From Staphylothermus hellenicus DSM 12710 (GTDB lineage Archaea; Thermoproteota; Thermoprotei_A; Sulfolobales; Desulfurococcaceae): DNA of 32,000 nt. Location: positions 660,001 to 692,000 of the forward strand of contig NC_014205.1 in assembly GCF_000092465.1 (NCBI RefSeq), read 5' to 3'. Made by a program: the position numbers and the translations under genes. Of the stretch, positions 1 through 9,638 are shown piece by piece. Below the pieces are notes generated by a model. The model was given only the letters and a program-made list of their open reading frames with translations, did not search any database and was not told the DNA's origin. Within the stretch, counting starts at the first letter, position 1, and the number at the start of each line of letters is the position of its first letter.

Positions 1-2562
1 TTTTGGTTTAGGAGATAATATGTTCAGCACGTTCTTGATATCATCAATTAGGGATTCAATGGCTTCCTCGAGAATTTCTACTTCTTCATTGATCGCATTA
101 TAGTCTGCTTCTGGCCATTTCTCTAAGGATAAGAATTCTTTTTTACCCATCCAGCTCCATATTTCCTCGGTTAAATGAGGGATTACAGGGTTAAGGGCTT
201 TCAGCCATTTACTAAGGATTCTTTTAACCATACATATTGTTTCTTCATTATTTGTTCTTTCACGATAATGATCTATTGATACCATGACATCATAGAATAT
301 TTTCTGTATATAGTCTCTTACCTCCATGTTATCAAGAGCATTTGTTGCTTCTACAAGTAATCTATTGAATCTGGATAAGAACCATTTATCAATGTATTTA
401 TCGTGACCATATTTCTCGCATTTTGTTCTGATAGCTTTTTCAGCTATTACAGTGAATTTTCTCAGAGAATCAATTACACGTTCTACTTCTTTCTCGCGCC
501 AATCAAGCACTGTGTCTAGATTAGCTGCTCCAGCAATATATAGTCTGAACAGGTCCGCCGAGTATTTTTCAGCAATATCTCTTAACAATATAACGTTTCC
601 CTTACTCTTACTCATCTTGGCTCCTTCACGTATAACCATTTCATTTAATGTGATCATTTTAGGCCAGTGTTTCCTAGGAAATATGGCTATGTGGTGATAT
701 ATGAAGAATGATAAATGATTACTTATGTGAGCTATACCTGTATGTCTCTGATCCACTGGGTACCAATAATTGAATTCTTGCCTCATCTCCTCTAGTATTT
801 TCAAAGGTATTCCAGTATCTTCAGATATCTCTTCAGGATCGCCTTCTCCAAGGAATATATAGTCGAATACCTGAGGTTTAAGCTGTTCAGGCTTAACATT
901 GTGTTTTCTAATAATATGTGCTATAGTATAGAATGCCATATAAATGGTTGAATCGCTTAAGCTCTCAATAACCCATTCAGGATCAAATGGTAGCTTTGTT
1001 CCAAGCCCTCTTTTTCTAGCACATGGTCTTTTCTCAAGCCAATCAATAGCGTCTAGCAAGGCCTTCTTGTATTTATTTGGAATAATCCGCATCTTCTCAG
1101 ATACATATTTCTTTACTTCCTCCTTCCACCATGGAACACTATAATCTATGAACCATTGCCCAATTATTTTTGCAGCGATAATTTTTCCTCCAGCTCTACA
1201 ATAGGCTTTACGGTTTAACTCGTAGAAAACGAATCCTTTGTTCTCTCTAAACAGTTTCTTCTTTATTTTTTCCTTTGCTTCACTAACACTTAATCCTTTA
1301 AATTCCGGATCATCCACGATCATTACTCCTTTATAGTATTGTTCCTTATATACTATTTTAGTTGCTTCAACAAGTCTTGGATCAAGCTGGCTCGTTATAC
1401 CCATCTCCTCGACAACAACTCCTGCGTGATGACCCTTTATACCTGGTACATCAATTATTTTGATAGGCTCTATTTCCTTGACAATCTCTGGATCGATACC
1501 GTACATAGCTAGTTTTTCAGGATTCTTTTTAAGCTCCATTAAGGCGACGTAATCATATGGGGCATCGCTTGGCTCACTATAAACTATGCCTGTAGCATTA
1601 TCTGGATCAACGAAGTCTGCTGGAAGAACTATTAATTCTTTGCCTAATGGACTAATTGCTTTTTTACCGATGAGTTCTCTTCCCTTTATTTCCCTAATTA
1701 TTTTGAATTCATCTAGTGGATGTTGGTGTTGAAGCTTAACGAGGGCTTCTTTTGAAACAATTATTTTTTCTCCACGCCACTTAACAACTACATATTCAGC
1801 ATCGGGGTTAACCCATATATTGGTGGCACCAAATAATGTTTCAGGCCTAAGAGTAGCTGCTACGAGATATGTATTGTCTTCGTTGAGAAGCTTGAACTTT
1901 ATTGCTGTAAACTCTAGAATCTCTACAGGGTTAACATCAGCGTCCTGTATATCGTCTTCTCCTTCAGGTTGTTTATGTAGTAGACAATAAGTTACTATGT
2001 GGTCTCCACGTTTTATAACGCCTTTCTCATGGAGCTTATGGAATTGCCAAGTAACAAAAGCATTATATATTGGTTCTCCAGTGTGGAATCTTCTACGCCA
2101 ATCAATACTGTATCCTAAAGCATCAAAATCCATATGTACTCTTTCTGCAAAGAATACTGCAAGGTTTAATGGGTCTTTGAAGGACTCAATAATTTTCTCG
2201 ATCTCCACGGGATCCTTAACATATTTAGCTACATAGTTTCTATAACGATTAATTATTTCTTCTTCTCCCCTAGATATTCTCTCAGATATAGCAATTATTG
2301 GTGTACCAGTTATATGGAATGCCATGGGGAATAAGACATTATAGCCTCGGAGCCTTTTATAACGAGCAATAATGTCTCCAATAGTATATGTTCTACCATG
2401 ACCTATGTGTAAGGGTGCATTAGTATATGGATAAGGTACTGTGATAAAGTATTTAGGTTTATCAGGTTCGATTCTGGGCTCAAATATTTTTCTCTCCTTC
2501 CATCTACTCTGCCATTTAGCCTCAATACTTCTAAGCCATTCTAGGAAATCTTTTTTCGTCAA
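1..2562 (-). CDS. leuS: leucyl-tRNA synthetase, archaeal type; C-terminal end lies outside the window
   Basis: Reverse-strand translation from TTG at 2562 (GGTGG 8-12 nt upstream) gives MTKKDFLEWLRSIEAKWQSRW...PYPYTNAPLHIGHGRTYTIGDIIARYKRLRGYNVLFPMAFHITGTPI (HIGH motif) and later REGAKMSKSKGNVI (KMSKS). The frame is open for all 854 codons to position 1. It is absent from the ORF track because no stop falls inside the window. Confidence 0.93.
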   Translation of the reverse strand, partial: MTKKDFLEWLRSIEAKWQSRWKERKIFEPRIEPDKPKYFITVPYPYTNAPLHIGHGRTYTIGDIIARYKRLRGYNVLFPMAFHITGTPIIAISERISRGEEEIINRYRNYVAKYVKDPVEIEKIIESFKDPLNLAVFFAERVHMDFDALGYSIDWRRRFHTGEPIYNAFVTWQFHKLHEKGVIKRGDHIVTYCLLHKQPEGEDDIQDADVNPVEILEFTAIKFKLLNEDNTYLVAATLRPETLFGATNIWVNPDAEYVVVKWRGEKIIVSKEALVKLQHQHPLDEFKIIREIKGRELIGKKAISPLGKELIVLPADFVDPDNATGIVYSEPSDAPYDYVALMELKKNPEKLAMYGIDPEIVKEIEPIKIIDVPGIKGHHAGVVVEEMGITSQLDPRLVEATKIVYKEQYYKGVMIVDDPEFKGLSVSEAKEKIKKKLFRENKGFVFYELNRKAYCRAGGKIIAAKIIGQWFIDYSVPWWKEEVKKYVSEKMRIIPNKYKKALLDAIDWLEKRPCARKRGLGTKLPFDPEWVIESLSDSTIYMAFYTIAHIIRKHNVKPEQLKPQVFDYIFLGEGDPEEISEDTGIPLKILEEMRQEFNYWYPVDQRHTGIAHISNHLSFFIYHHIAIFPRKHWPKMITLNEMVIREGAKMSKSKGNVILLRDIAEKYSADLFRLYIAGAANLDTVLDWREKEVERVIDSLRKFTVIAEKAIRTKCEKYGHDKYIDKWFLSRFNRLLVEATNALDNMEVRDYIQKIFYDVMVSIDHYRERTNNEETICMVKRILSKWLKALNPVIPHLTEEIWSWMGKKEFLSLEKWPEADYNAINEEVEILEEAIESLIDDIKNVLNILSPKPK

Positions 2563-2769
2563 TCAATACCACCCTAATATATAGTAAAATCTCCTGGGTA
2601 ATTCATTAATATAATAATTATTTATTAACAAAATCGTATGCTTAAAACTTAATCCTGCCTATGTGGGAATAATTAATAACAAAATTCATAATCAAAAATA
2701 ATCTGTCCCACAACTTTATAAGGCTCTTAGATAATTATAGAATTTGATTTAGTAAAAGGTGATGATGAG

Positions 2770-3516
2770 TTGACGCTTGAAATCGTTGATCTATCTGTTG
2801 ATGTAGATAGTAAGCCAGTATTACGAGATATTAATTTAAGAGCTGAGAAGGGTAAACTAACAGTTATAATGGGGCCTAACGGCAGTGGCAAAACTAGCTT
2901 AGCCTATACAATCATGGGTCATCCAAACTACAAGGTTGTGAAGGGAAAAATATTCTTAGAAGGAGAAGATATTACCGATAAAACACCTGATGAAAGAGCC
3001 AATAAGGGATTATTCCTTGTTTTCCAGAATCCCATAGAAGTTCCCGGAATTAATTTATTATCTCTATTAACTGCAGTGCTGAACAAGAAAAGGGGAAAAG
3101 CAGACTTAACAGAGCCAATTCTTGATCTTAGAAAGAAGCTTGTAGTAGAAGCTGGAATGATTGGGTTAAAAGAAGAGCTTCTGGAAAGAGAATTAAACAT
3201 TGGATTCAGCGGTGGGGAAAAGAAGAGAAGCGAGCTTCTCCAAGTAAAGATTTTGAGGCCAAAATATGTTATAATGGATGAACCCGATAGCGGGCTGGAT
3301 GTTGATGGTGTTAGAATAGTTGCTGATGTTATTAGAGAAATGCTCTCCACAGGCTCAAGCATTATATTGATTACTCATTATCCACGTGTGCTCCAATATA
3401 TTGATCCACACAAAGTCGTTGTCCTCTATAAGGGAAGAATAGTTGCTACAGGGAAAAAAGAGCTTGTTGAGAAAATTGATAGAGAAGGATATAAATGGCT
3501 TGGTGATCAAAAATGA
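2770..3516 (+). CDS. sufC: Fe-S cluster assembly ATPase SufC
   Basis: Walker A GPNGSGKTS, signature FSGGEKKR, Walker B VIMDEPDSGLD. TTG start with GGTGAT 7-12 nt upstream. 4-nt ATGA overlap with the next gene. Sits first in a sufC-sufB-sufD arrangement. Confidence 0.93.
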   Translation: MTLEIVDLSVDVDSKPVLRDINLRAEKGKLTVIMGPNGSGKTSLAYTIMGHPNYKVVKGKIFLEGEDITDKTPDERANKGLFLVFQNPIEVPGINLLSLLTAVLNKKRGKADLTEPILDLRKKLVVEAGMIGLKEELLERELNIGFSGGEKKRSELLQVKILRPKYVIMDEPDSGLDVDGVRIVADVIREMLSTGSSIILITHYPRVLQYIDPHKVVVLYKGRIVATGKKELVEKIDREGYKWLGDQK

Positions 3517-4928
3517 CGAGGCCTATAGAAATTTCCAAGATAATTGAACACCCCGAGTATATGGAGCCAATAGAATATAGGGGAAAAATAGAGATTAGAG
3601 GAAAAATTACTCGAGACCTTGTCGAAGAGATTTCTAGGCAGAAAAAAGAACCGGATTGGATGCGTAGGCTTAGGCTTAGAGCTTTAGAATACTTTGAAAA
3701 ATTACCTTTACCTAAATGGCTCTATGGAATTGAATCAATAGATTTGGAAGAGATAACTACGTATTATGTTAAACCATTGGAGCAGCCGGCTAGCAATTGG
3801 GAAGACCTACCAGCAGAGATCAGAGAGATATATCTCAGACTTGGACTACCAGATGCTTATGCTAAATACTTGGCTGGATTAACTACTGTTCTCGATAGTG
3901 AAACAGCATATTCTGCTATGAAGGATTATTTGAAAAAGATTGGTGTGATCATGATCCCCATGGAACAAGCAATCAGAAAATACCCTGATCTAGTTAAGAA
4001 GTATTTTGGAAAAATAGTTGGCCCAATAGAGCACAAGTTCGCAGCACTACATTATGCATTATGGAGCGGAGGAGTATTCGTATATGTGCCTAAGAATGTT
4101 AAAGTACCCTACCCCGTCGAAGCATTCTTCTTCGTCGGCAAAGAGCTTGAGGGACAGTTTGAACACTCACTAATAGTCGCGGATGAAGGCTCTGAACTCA
4201 CATTTATAGAAGGATGCAGCGCTCCACGCTTCAAAAAGTTTAGCTTCCATGATGGAGCAGTAGAGCTATATGCACATAGGAAAGCTAAGATATCGTTTAT
4301 AACTGTTCAAAACTGGAGCAGGAACATAATAAACTTTAACAATAAGAGAGCTATAGCTGAAGAAGACTCATATGTAGAATGGTTGGAGGGAAGTATTGGA
4401 AGTAAATACACAGTCACATATCCATCAACAATTCTACGAGGTAAAGGAGCAAGGACATCAAGTCTAGTTGTAGGAATAGCTAATGGCCCATACATTAAGG
4501 ATACCGGATCCAAGGCAATACATGCTGCACCAAATACCAAGAGCAAAATAATATCTAAAAGTATCAGTAGTGAAGGAGGAGTAAACATCTATAGAGGACT
4601 AGTCCACATATTTAAAGGAGCAAAGAATTCGACAAGCTATGTACAATGTGATAGCCTAATACTGGATGAGAAAAGCAAAGCATACACCTATCCAATAATA
4701 CATGTTGAAGAAAAAGATTCTGAAACAGGACACGAAGCAACAACTGGCAGGATAAACGATGATCAAATATTCTACTTACAATCTAGAGGGCTAAGCGAGG
4801 GACAAGCTAAGAGTATGATTGTGCTCGGATATATTAAGGATGTTCTCAAAGGCCTACCGATGGAGTATGTAGCAATGCTGAACCGTGTTATACAATTAGA
4901 ATTTGAAAGAATAGGAGGAGTTGGTTGA
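3513..4928 (+). CDS. sufB: Fe-S cluster assembly scaffold SufB
   Basis: 471 aa. Core reads HSLIVADEGSELTFIEGCSAP; C-terminal part reads HEATTGRINDDQIFYLQSRGLSEGQAKSMIVLGYI, as in SufB. Translationally coupled to sufC and to the following gene. Confidence 0.93.
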   Translation: MTRPIEISKIIEHPEYMEPIEYRGKIEIRGKITRDLVEEISRQKKEPDWMRRLRLRALEYFEKLPLPKWLYGIESIDLEEITTYYVKPLEQPASNWEDLPAEIREIYLRLGLPDAYAKYLAGLTTVLDSETAYSAMKDYLKKIGVIMIPMEQAIRKYPDLVKKYFGKIVGPIEHKFAALHYALWSGGVFVYVPKNVKVPYPVEAFFFVGKELEGQFEHSLIVADEGSELTFIEGCSAPRFKKFSFHDGAVELYAHRKAKISFITVQNWSRNIINFNNKRAIAEEDSYVEWLEGSIGSKYTVTYPSTILRGKGARTSSLVVGIANGPYIKDTGSKAIHAAPNTKSKIISKSISSEGGVNIYRGLVHIFKGAKNSTSYVQCDSLILDEKSKAYTYPIIHVEEKDSETGHEATTGRINDDQIFYLQSRGLSEGQAKSMIVLGYIKDVLKGLPMEYVAMLNRVIQLEFERIGGVG

Positions 4929-6043
4929 AAATGATCCCTCAGAGTCTATTAAAAGAACCATACCAATACTATGGTGATTCACCGACAATAAAAAAGTACA
5001 CTCTCTGGAAACTCTATGACTATTACATCGTAAAGCTCGCTAAAAACCAAATACCGCTCGGCGGATCATCTGGAAAATTTAGTGAAGAATACGATATAGT
5101 ATATGATGGAACAAGTGTTAAGAGTAATAGGGCAGAACTATATGAAACAAAGCCTCTCGGAATAATTAGTCCAATGAAGGATAAACTGTCAAAGATACAT
5201 TATTATCTTATTAAGAGCCATGCATATAGAGTTGTGCTTAGAAACGGCGATTATAAATTATTATTTACAGCACCATTATATGAAGCAGTAATTCCCCAAC
5301 ATCTAATAATTGATGTATATGGTAAAACAAGTCTAGAGCTGGATCTAGACTATAAAAATACAAGATCACTTAGAAGCACATTTATAGAATTACACCTGCA
5401 CGACTCCAGCAAACTGAATTTATTAATCAATCTAAATGATTCAATTAATTCTCCATCAAACATTAATATAGGGATTAAACAAGAAAAATACACATTACTT
5501 AACCTTCTATATTTAACTATAGCAGGTAAGATGACGAGGTTCACTATAACAGATTTACTCGATGGAGAAGATTCTGAATCTAATATTAGAGGAACAGTAT
5601 TTACAACCAAGCAAAACAGAATAGACAATATCACAGATATAGTATCTAGGAATAGGGATACTTATTCAAAATACTTATTTACTTCTCTTGTCAGCGATAA
5701 AGGAGTTGTTGGGCAGAGAGGAGTAGGTAAAATATATGATAACGCATGGGGATCGGGTATTGAATATTATAGCGAAGCATTATTGTTAAGCGATGACGCA
5801 AAGGCTTACCTACAACCAAGACTAGAAATAGATACAGGCGATGTGAAAATAGCGAAACATGCGGCTAGAAATATACATATATTGCCTGAACAAATATTTT
5901 ATCTACAAACCAGAGGTATAGACTATGATTCTGCTAGAAAACTAGTTATTACCGGATACCTTATCAAGGAAATCCCCACAACAATATATACTTCCAAGAT
6001 CATATCTTCTATAAAGAAAGTACTTGATAGCATTATTACATAA
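4925..6043 (+). CDS. sufD: SufD-like Fe-S assembly protein (divergent)
   Basis: The C-terminal segment KIAKHAARNIHILPEQIFYLQTRGIDYDSARKLVITGYL parallels the SufB/SufD C-terminus. The gene overlaps the sufB stop (TTG 4925, or ATG 4931). The N-terminal half is poorly conserved. Confidence 0.7.
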   Translation: MKMIPQSLLKEPYQYYGDSPTIKKYTLWKLYDYYIVKLAKNQIPLGGSSGKFSEEYDIVYDGTSVKSNRAELYETKPLGIISPMKDKLSKIHYYLIKSHAYRVVLRNGDYKLLFTAPLYEAVIPQHLIIDVYGKTSLELDLDYKNTRSLRSTFIELHLHDSSKLNLLINLNDSINSPSNINIGIKQEKYTLLNLLYLTIAGKMTRFTITDLLDGEDSESNIRGTVFTTKQNRIDNITDIVSRNRDTYSKYLFTSLVSDKGVVGQRGVGKIYDNAWGSGIEYYSEALLLSDDAKAYLQPRLEIDTGDVKIAKHAARNIHILPEQIFYLQTRGIDYDSARKLVITGYLIKEIPTTIYTSKIISSIKKVLDSIIT

Positions 6044-6357
6044 TACTAATTTTTCAATTATTAGGATGCATCGCTCAATTCTTGTAGGTAGTTTACTGGA
6101 TTTAATTAATGCATTGATTCCTTGACCCATAGACTTATATAAGCTTATACTACTGCAAGCATATGGATGAACATTGTATAACTTGGTATTTTTCCTACCA
6201 ATATAGTCTATAACATTGAGAAATACTTGTTTAATAATAAAACATGTATTATTTTAAATTTTTAAAATTCTTAAACATTGTTAATTATCAAAAAATATTT
6301 ATCCATATTAATATATTACTAGACTACTAGTTACTGGTAATTAATCGGTGCCTTAGA

Positions 6358-7263
6358 TTGTTGGAGATCAGAGGAGTCAGTAAGTGGTTCGGCAAGTTTC
6401 AAGCATTAGATAATATTAGTTTTAACGTAAATAATGGAGAACTAGTAGGCTATGTTGGATTAAATGGTGCTGGAAAAACTACTACAATACGTATAATTGT
6501 TGGTGTTCTTCCTCCTGATAAAGGTGATGTATTAATAGATGGTTATTCAATTACGCATAATAAGCGTCAAGCTTCAAAACTTATAGGCTGGGTCCCCGAG
6601 CTCCCCATATTTGAGCCTGACGTTAAAGCACTTGATTACTTCGCATATCTAGCAGGATATTATGGATTAAGTAGTAGTGAAGCTTATAGTTTGGGTAAAA
6701 AACTCTTTGAAGAAGTCGGGCTTAGCGGTGCTGAGTATAAGAAGCTTCAAGAATATTCCCAAGGAATGAAGAAACGGTTTGCACTAGCAGTTTCAATGAT
6801 AAATGATCCACCAAACTTTGTTTTTGACGAAGTACTAAATGGGCTGGATCCGGAAGGTATAAAGTTTTTCAGAGAATTGGCGAAGAGGTTTAAAAAGGAG
6901 GGAAAATCAGTTCTGTTCTCATCTCATATATTATCAGAAGTAGAAGCGATAGCTGATAGGGTTGTATTCATACATAAGGGACGGATAATAAATAGTCTCA
7001 GTATGCAGGAGATTAAAAGAATGGCTGGTAAGAAGCTCGTAGTATTGCTGGGTCGGACCCCTGAAAAAAATATAGTTGATAAACTGAAAGAATATGGAAG
7101 AATAAGTGTTGATGGAAATACTATTACGATAGAAGGCTTTAAAGGTGAACAATCAAGCATTATAGAGTTGCTGGTTAAAAACGGCTATAAGATCAACGAG
7201 ATCAAACTTGTCGAGCAAAGCTTAGAGGATGTATTCTTTAAGCTTATAGGTGAACAAAAATGA
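6358..7263 (+). CDS. ABC transporter ATP-binding protein (ABC-2 / exporter type)
   Basis: Walker A GLNGAGKTT, signature YSQGMKKR, Walker B FVFDEVLNGLD, H-loop SSHIL. GGTG lies 9 nt before the TTG start. ATGA overlap with the downstream permease. Confidence 0.9.
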   Translation: MLEIRGVSKWFGKFQALDNISFNVNNGELVGYVGLNGAGKTTTIRIIVGVLPPDKGDVLIDGYSITHNKRQASKLIGWVPELPIFEPDVKALDYFAYLAGYYGLSSSEAYSLGKKLFEEVGLSGAEYKKLQEYSQGMKKRFALAVSMINDPPNFVFDEVLNGLDPEGIKFFRELAKRFKKEGKSVLFSSHILSEVEAIADRVVFIHKGRIINSLSMQEIKRMAGKKLVVLLGRTPEKNIVDKLKEYGRISVDGNTITIEGFKGEQSSIIELLVKNGYKINEIKLVEQSLEDVFFKLIGEQK

Positions 7264-8810
7264 ATCCTTTAATATATGATTTAAAACGATCTTTTATGAG
7301 AAGAACAACCATCATAATGATAATAATATTTCTGTTAATAGGTATAGGAATAACATATCTAATCTTCGGAAACATACAGCAAGAAGGGATCAATCCAAAC
7401 AGTAAGGTAACAGTAGTGGCAACACTATGGAGCAAAAAAGGTATTGGAACAATTTCCGGCTACATAGTGGATAAAGATGGTAAAGGAATACCTGGCGCTT
7501 CCATAGAATTCTATATTGGAGACGAGAAATTAGCCAATAATAAATCCTTAGACAATGGATATTTTGAGATAGATACGGGAGTGAATCTAGCCTTTAACCC
7601 ATCAAATATTGGAGCGTTTGGAGAAAAATACCAGATTCTCCTCAATAATTCAAAAATACATGTTAAAACAGCTAGTGAAGAATTTGATGTAAAAGCTATG
7701 ATTTCAAGCTCGATCAGTATCAAGGGACAAAACATATTTCCTGCATCGATTGTCTATATACATAAGTCCGTCTTCGTTCATGAACCCCCTCAATCTCTAT
7801 CTACCTATGGATCAACTCTTGCTATTATAAATTATGATGAATCAACCGGAAAAGCCACGATTATTGTTGCTGTTCCCTTCTTGTTTTCAAGTGAGACAAA
7901 ATACAATGTATCTTATAGTTTACAACCAGTATTGCTTCTTAGAAAAGGTGAGGTGGTGAAGAATTATTTATCTAGGATTTGTAATGAATCCGCTTCTCTG
8001 GGAGAATTTGATGATCCTGTAGAAATAGTTAGTTTAAATATTAATAATAGAAATACTACTCTCATATTATGCTATAATGTCAGAGATCAAGTTAATGTTG
8101 TATCTGCTCAATTTACGAAATCAAATGTTATTACTAGCTTATATGTAGCCGCCTTGTCGACGCCTGTTAATTTAGTTGCTACATTTATACCGATATCCAT
8201 GCTATATATAGCATATGTCTTAATGGCTAAGCCGAGAAGCATTGGTGCATTGGAATTCTTATTGGCTAGACCTGTAACGAGATTTGATATATTTATTAAT
8301 AGGTATATTGCGGGTATTCTAACAGCAACATTATCTGCTATAATAATTGTATTGGCACTTGTATTGTCTTCATATGTTTTACTAGGTGTACCATTCATAG
8401 CTGACATTGTGTTTTTGCTTTTCCTAGGATTAACACTTTCAATGATTACAATGTATTCGCTCTACTACGCATTAGCAACCTCTCTACGATCAGGGTTTTA
8501 CCTCGGTTTAAGTATTGGTTTATACTTGTTGTTTGCTTTGTTTTGGCAAGTTATTATAGCTATTTACGGAGTATCTACAGGTGTGCTTTTACGAGATATA
8601 CAGGAGTATTCTAAAATGCTTATTAACAGCTACTACTATAATCCAATGGGCATAATGAATTTAATCATGATTATTATACAGAACAACTACGGGATATCAG
8701 CAATTATAAATCCTGATCCATTCTATATGTCTTTATCTGTTACTCTATGGATATGTGTTCCAGCAATACTCGGTTATTTAAGGTTTCAAAGAATAAATTT
8801 ATCCGGCTAA
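7260..8810 (+). CDS. ABC-2 family permease with a large extracytoplasmic domain
   Basis: 516 aa. One N-terminal TM (TTIIMIIIFLLIGIGITYLIF) is followed by a roughly 260-aa non-hydrophobic region containing GYIVDKDGKGIPGASIEFYIGDEKLANNKSLDNGYFEI (carboxypeptidase-regulatory-like beta-sandwich pattern). Then come about 5-6 TM helices with LLARPVTRFDIFINRYIAG, typical of ABC-2 permeases. Coupled to the upstream ATPase. Confidence 0.7.
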   Translation: MNPLIYDLKRSFMRRTTIIMIIIFLLIGIGITYLIFGNIQQEGINPNSKVTVVATLWSKKGIGTISGYIVDKDGKGIPGASIEFYIGDEKLANNKSLDNGYFEIDTGVNLAFNPSNIGAFGEKYQILLNNSKIHVKTASEEFDVKAMISSSISIKGQNIFPASIVYIHKSVFVHEPPQSLSTYGSTLAIINYDESTGKATIIVAVPFLFSSETKYNVSYSLQPVLLLRKGEVVKNYLSRICNESASLGEFDDPVEIVSLNINNRNTTLILCYNVRDQVNVVSAQFTKSNVITSLYVAALSTPVNLVATFIPISMLYIAYVLMAKPRSIGALEFLLARPVTRFDIFINRYIAGILTATLSAIIIVLALVLSSYVLLGVPFIADIVFLLFLGLTLSMITMYSLYYALATSLRSGFYLGLSIGLYLLFALFWQVIIAIYGVSTGVLLRDIQEYSKMLINSYYYNPMGIMNLIMIIIQNNYGISAIINPDPFYMSLSVTLWICVPAILGYLRFQRINLSG

Positions 8811-9571
8811 GATGATTGTTTTTTCCCTTCTTCAACTGCTATCGTTTTAAACTTTTTTCTAAAAGTTAATATGTAGATCCACCACTTAACTATGTCTTTT
8901 ACACCTAGCTTACTTTTACCTTTTGATCTATTGATAAAAGTTATTGGTGCTTCAACTATTTTTAGCTTGGCAGCGACAGGTATTAGTAGCGATTCAATAG
9001 CCCATTCGTAGCTTTTACCATTAGCGTATCTCAATAAGAGTTCTGCAGCTTTCCTATTGTATATCCTGTAATTAGAAGTATTATCATGTATGCTGGTGCC
9101 GTAAAGTGTTTTTATTAGGAAATTAGCTGTTTTACTGATTAAATGTCTATGTATCCCCCAACCAATGGTTTTTCCGCCCTCAACATATCTGCTACCCTGT
9201 ACTACATCTGCTTTATCAGCATATTTTATCAGAGCGACTAAGTCTTCAGGTCTATGAGATAGATCAGCGTCCATGGTAACTATATGTGTAGCCTCAGGAT
9301 CTTTTTTAAATACATATCTTATTCCGTCAAGAATAGCTGATCCAAGCCCTTTTTTACCCTCTCTCACGATAAGCTTTACTTTCTCATTGTATAATCGATG
9401 TTTCCTAACAATATCAGCTGTTCCATCAGGACTATTATCATCCACTACTAGGATCTCATAGCTAATTCCTAATTTCTCGAGAACACTAGTTAATCTAACA
9501 AGTAATTCGCCAATGTTTTCTTTTTCATTATATGTTGGTATAATTACCCATAACTTCAACCAATACACCAA
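8807..9571 (-). CDS. GT2 glycosyltransferase, dolichol-phosphate mannosyltransferase-like
   Basis: VIIPTYNEKENI, VVDDNSPDGT, TMDADLSH (DXD) and QGSRY motifs. The start is uncertain (TTG 9571, GTG 9568 or TTG 9559). Its stop overlaps the convergent permease stop. Confidence 0.85.
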   Translation of the reverse strand: MVYWLKLWVIIPTYNEKENIGELLVRLTSVLEKLGISYEILVVDDNSPDGTADIVRKHRLYNEKVKLIVREGKKGLGSAILDGIRYVFKKDPEATHIVTMDADLSHRPEDLVALIKYADKADVVQGSRYVEGGKTIGWGIHRHLISKTANFLIKTLYGTSIHDNTSNYRIYNRKAAELLLRYANGKSYEWAIESLLIPVAAKLKIVEAPITFINRSKGKSKLGVKDIVKWWIYILTFRKKFKTIAVEEGKKQSS

Positions 9572-9638
9572 GGAATATGCTCTTTACATGATAGTCTATG
9601 AAGTTTAGCCTTATAAGAAATAATTAGTTATTTATTTA

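Noticed and set aside
452-2236. Plus-strand ORFs 452-697, 944-1144 and 1997-2236
   Set aside because: All lie antisense inside the uninterrupted leuS reading frame, which carries HIGH and KMSKS motifs on the minus strand, and none has a recognisable motif.
2759-2768. GTGATGATGAG resembling a C/D-box sRNA C box
   Set aside because: No CUGA D or D' box occurs at an appropriate distance, and the sequence serves as the GGTGAT ribosome-binding region of sufC.
2928-8407. Antisense ORFs inside suf and ABC genes (2928-3362, 4307-4588, 5350-5634, 5942-6130, 6924-7160, 6934-7152, 7244-7435, 7511-7735, 8108-8407)
   Set aside because: Each is fully or largely embedded opposite a well-supported gene. 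Their composition is low-complexity, and none has an SD or a motif.
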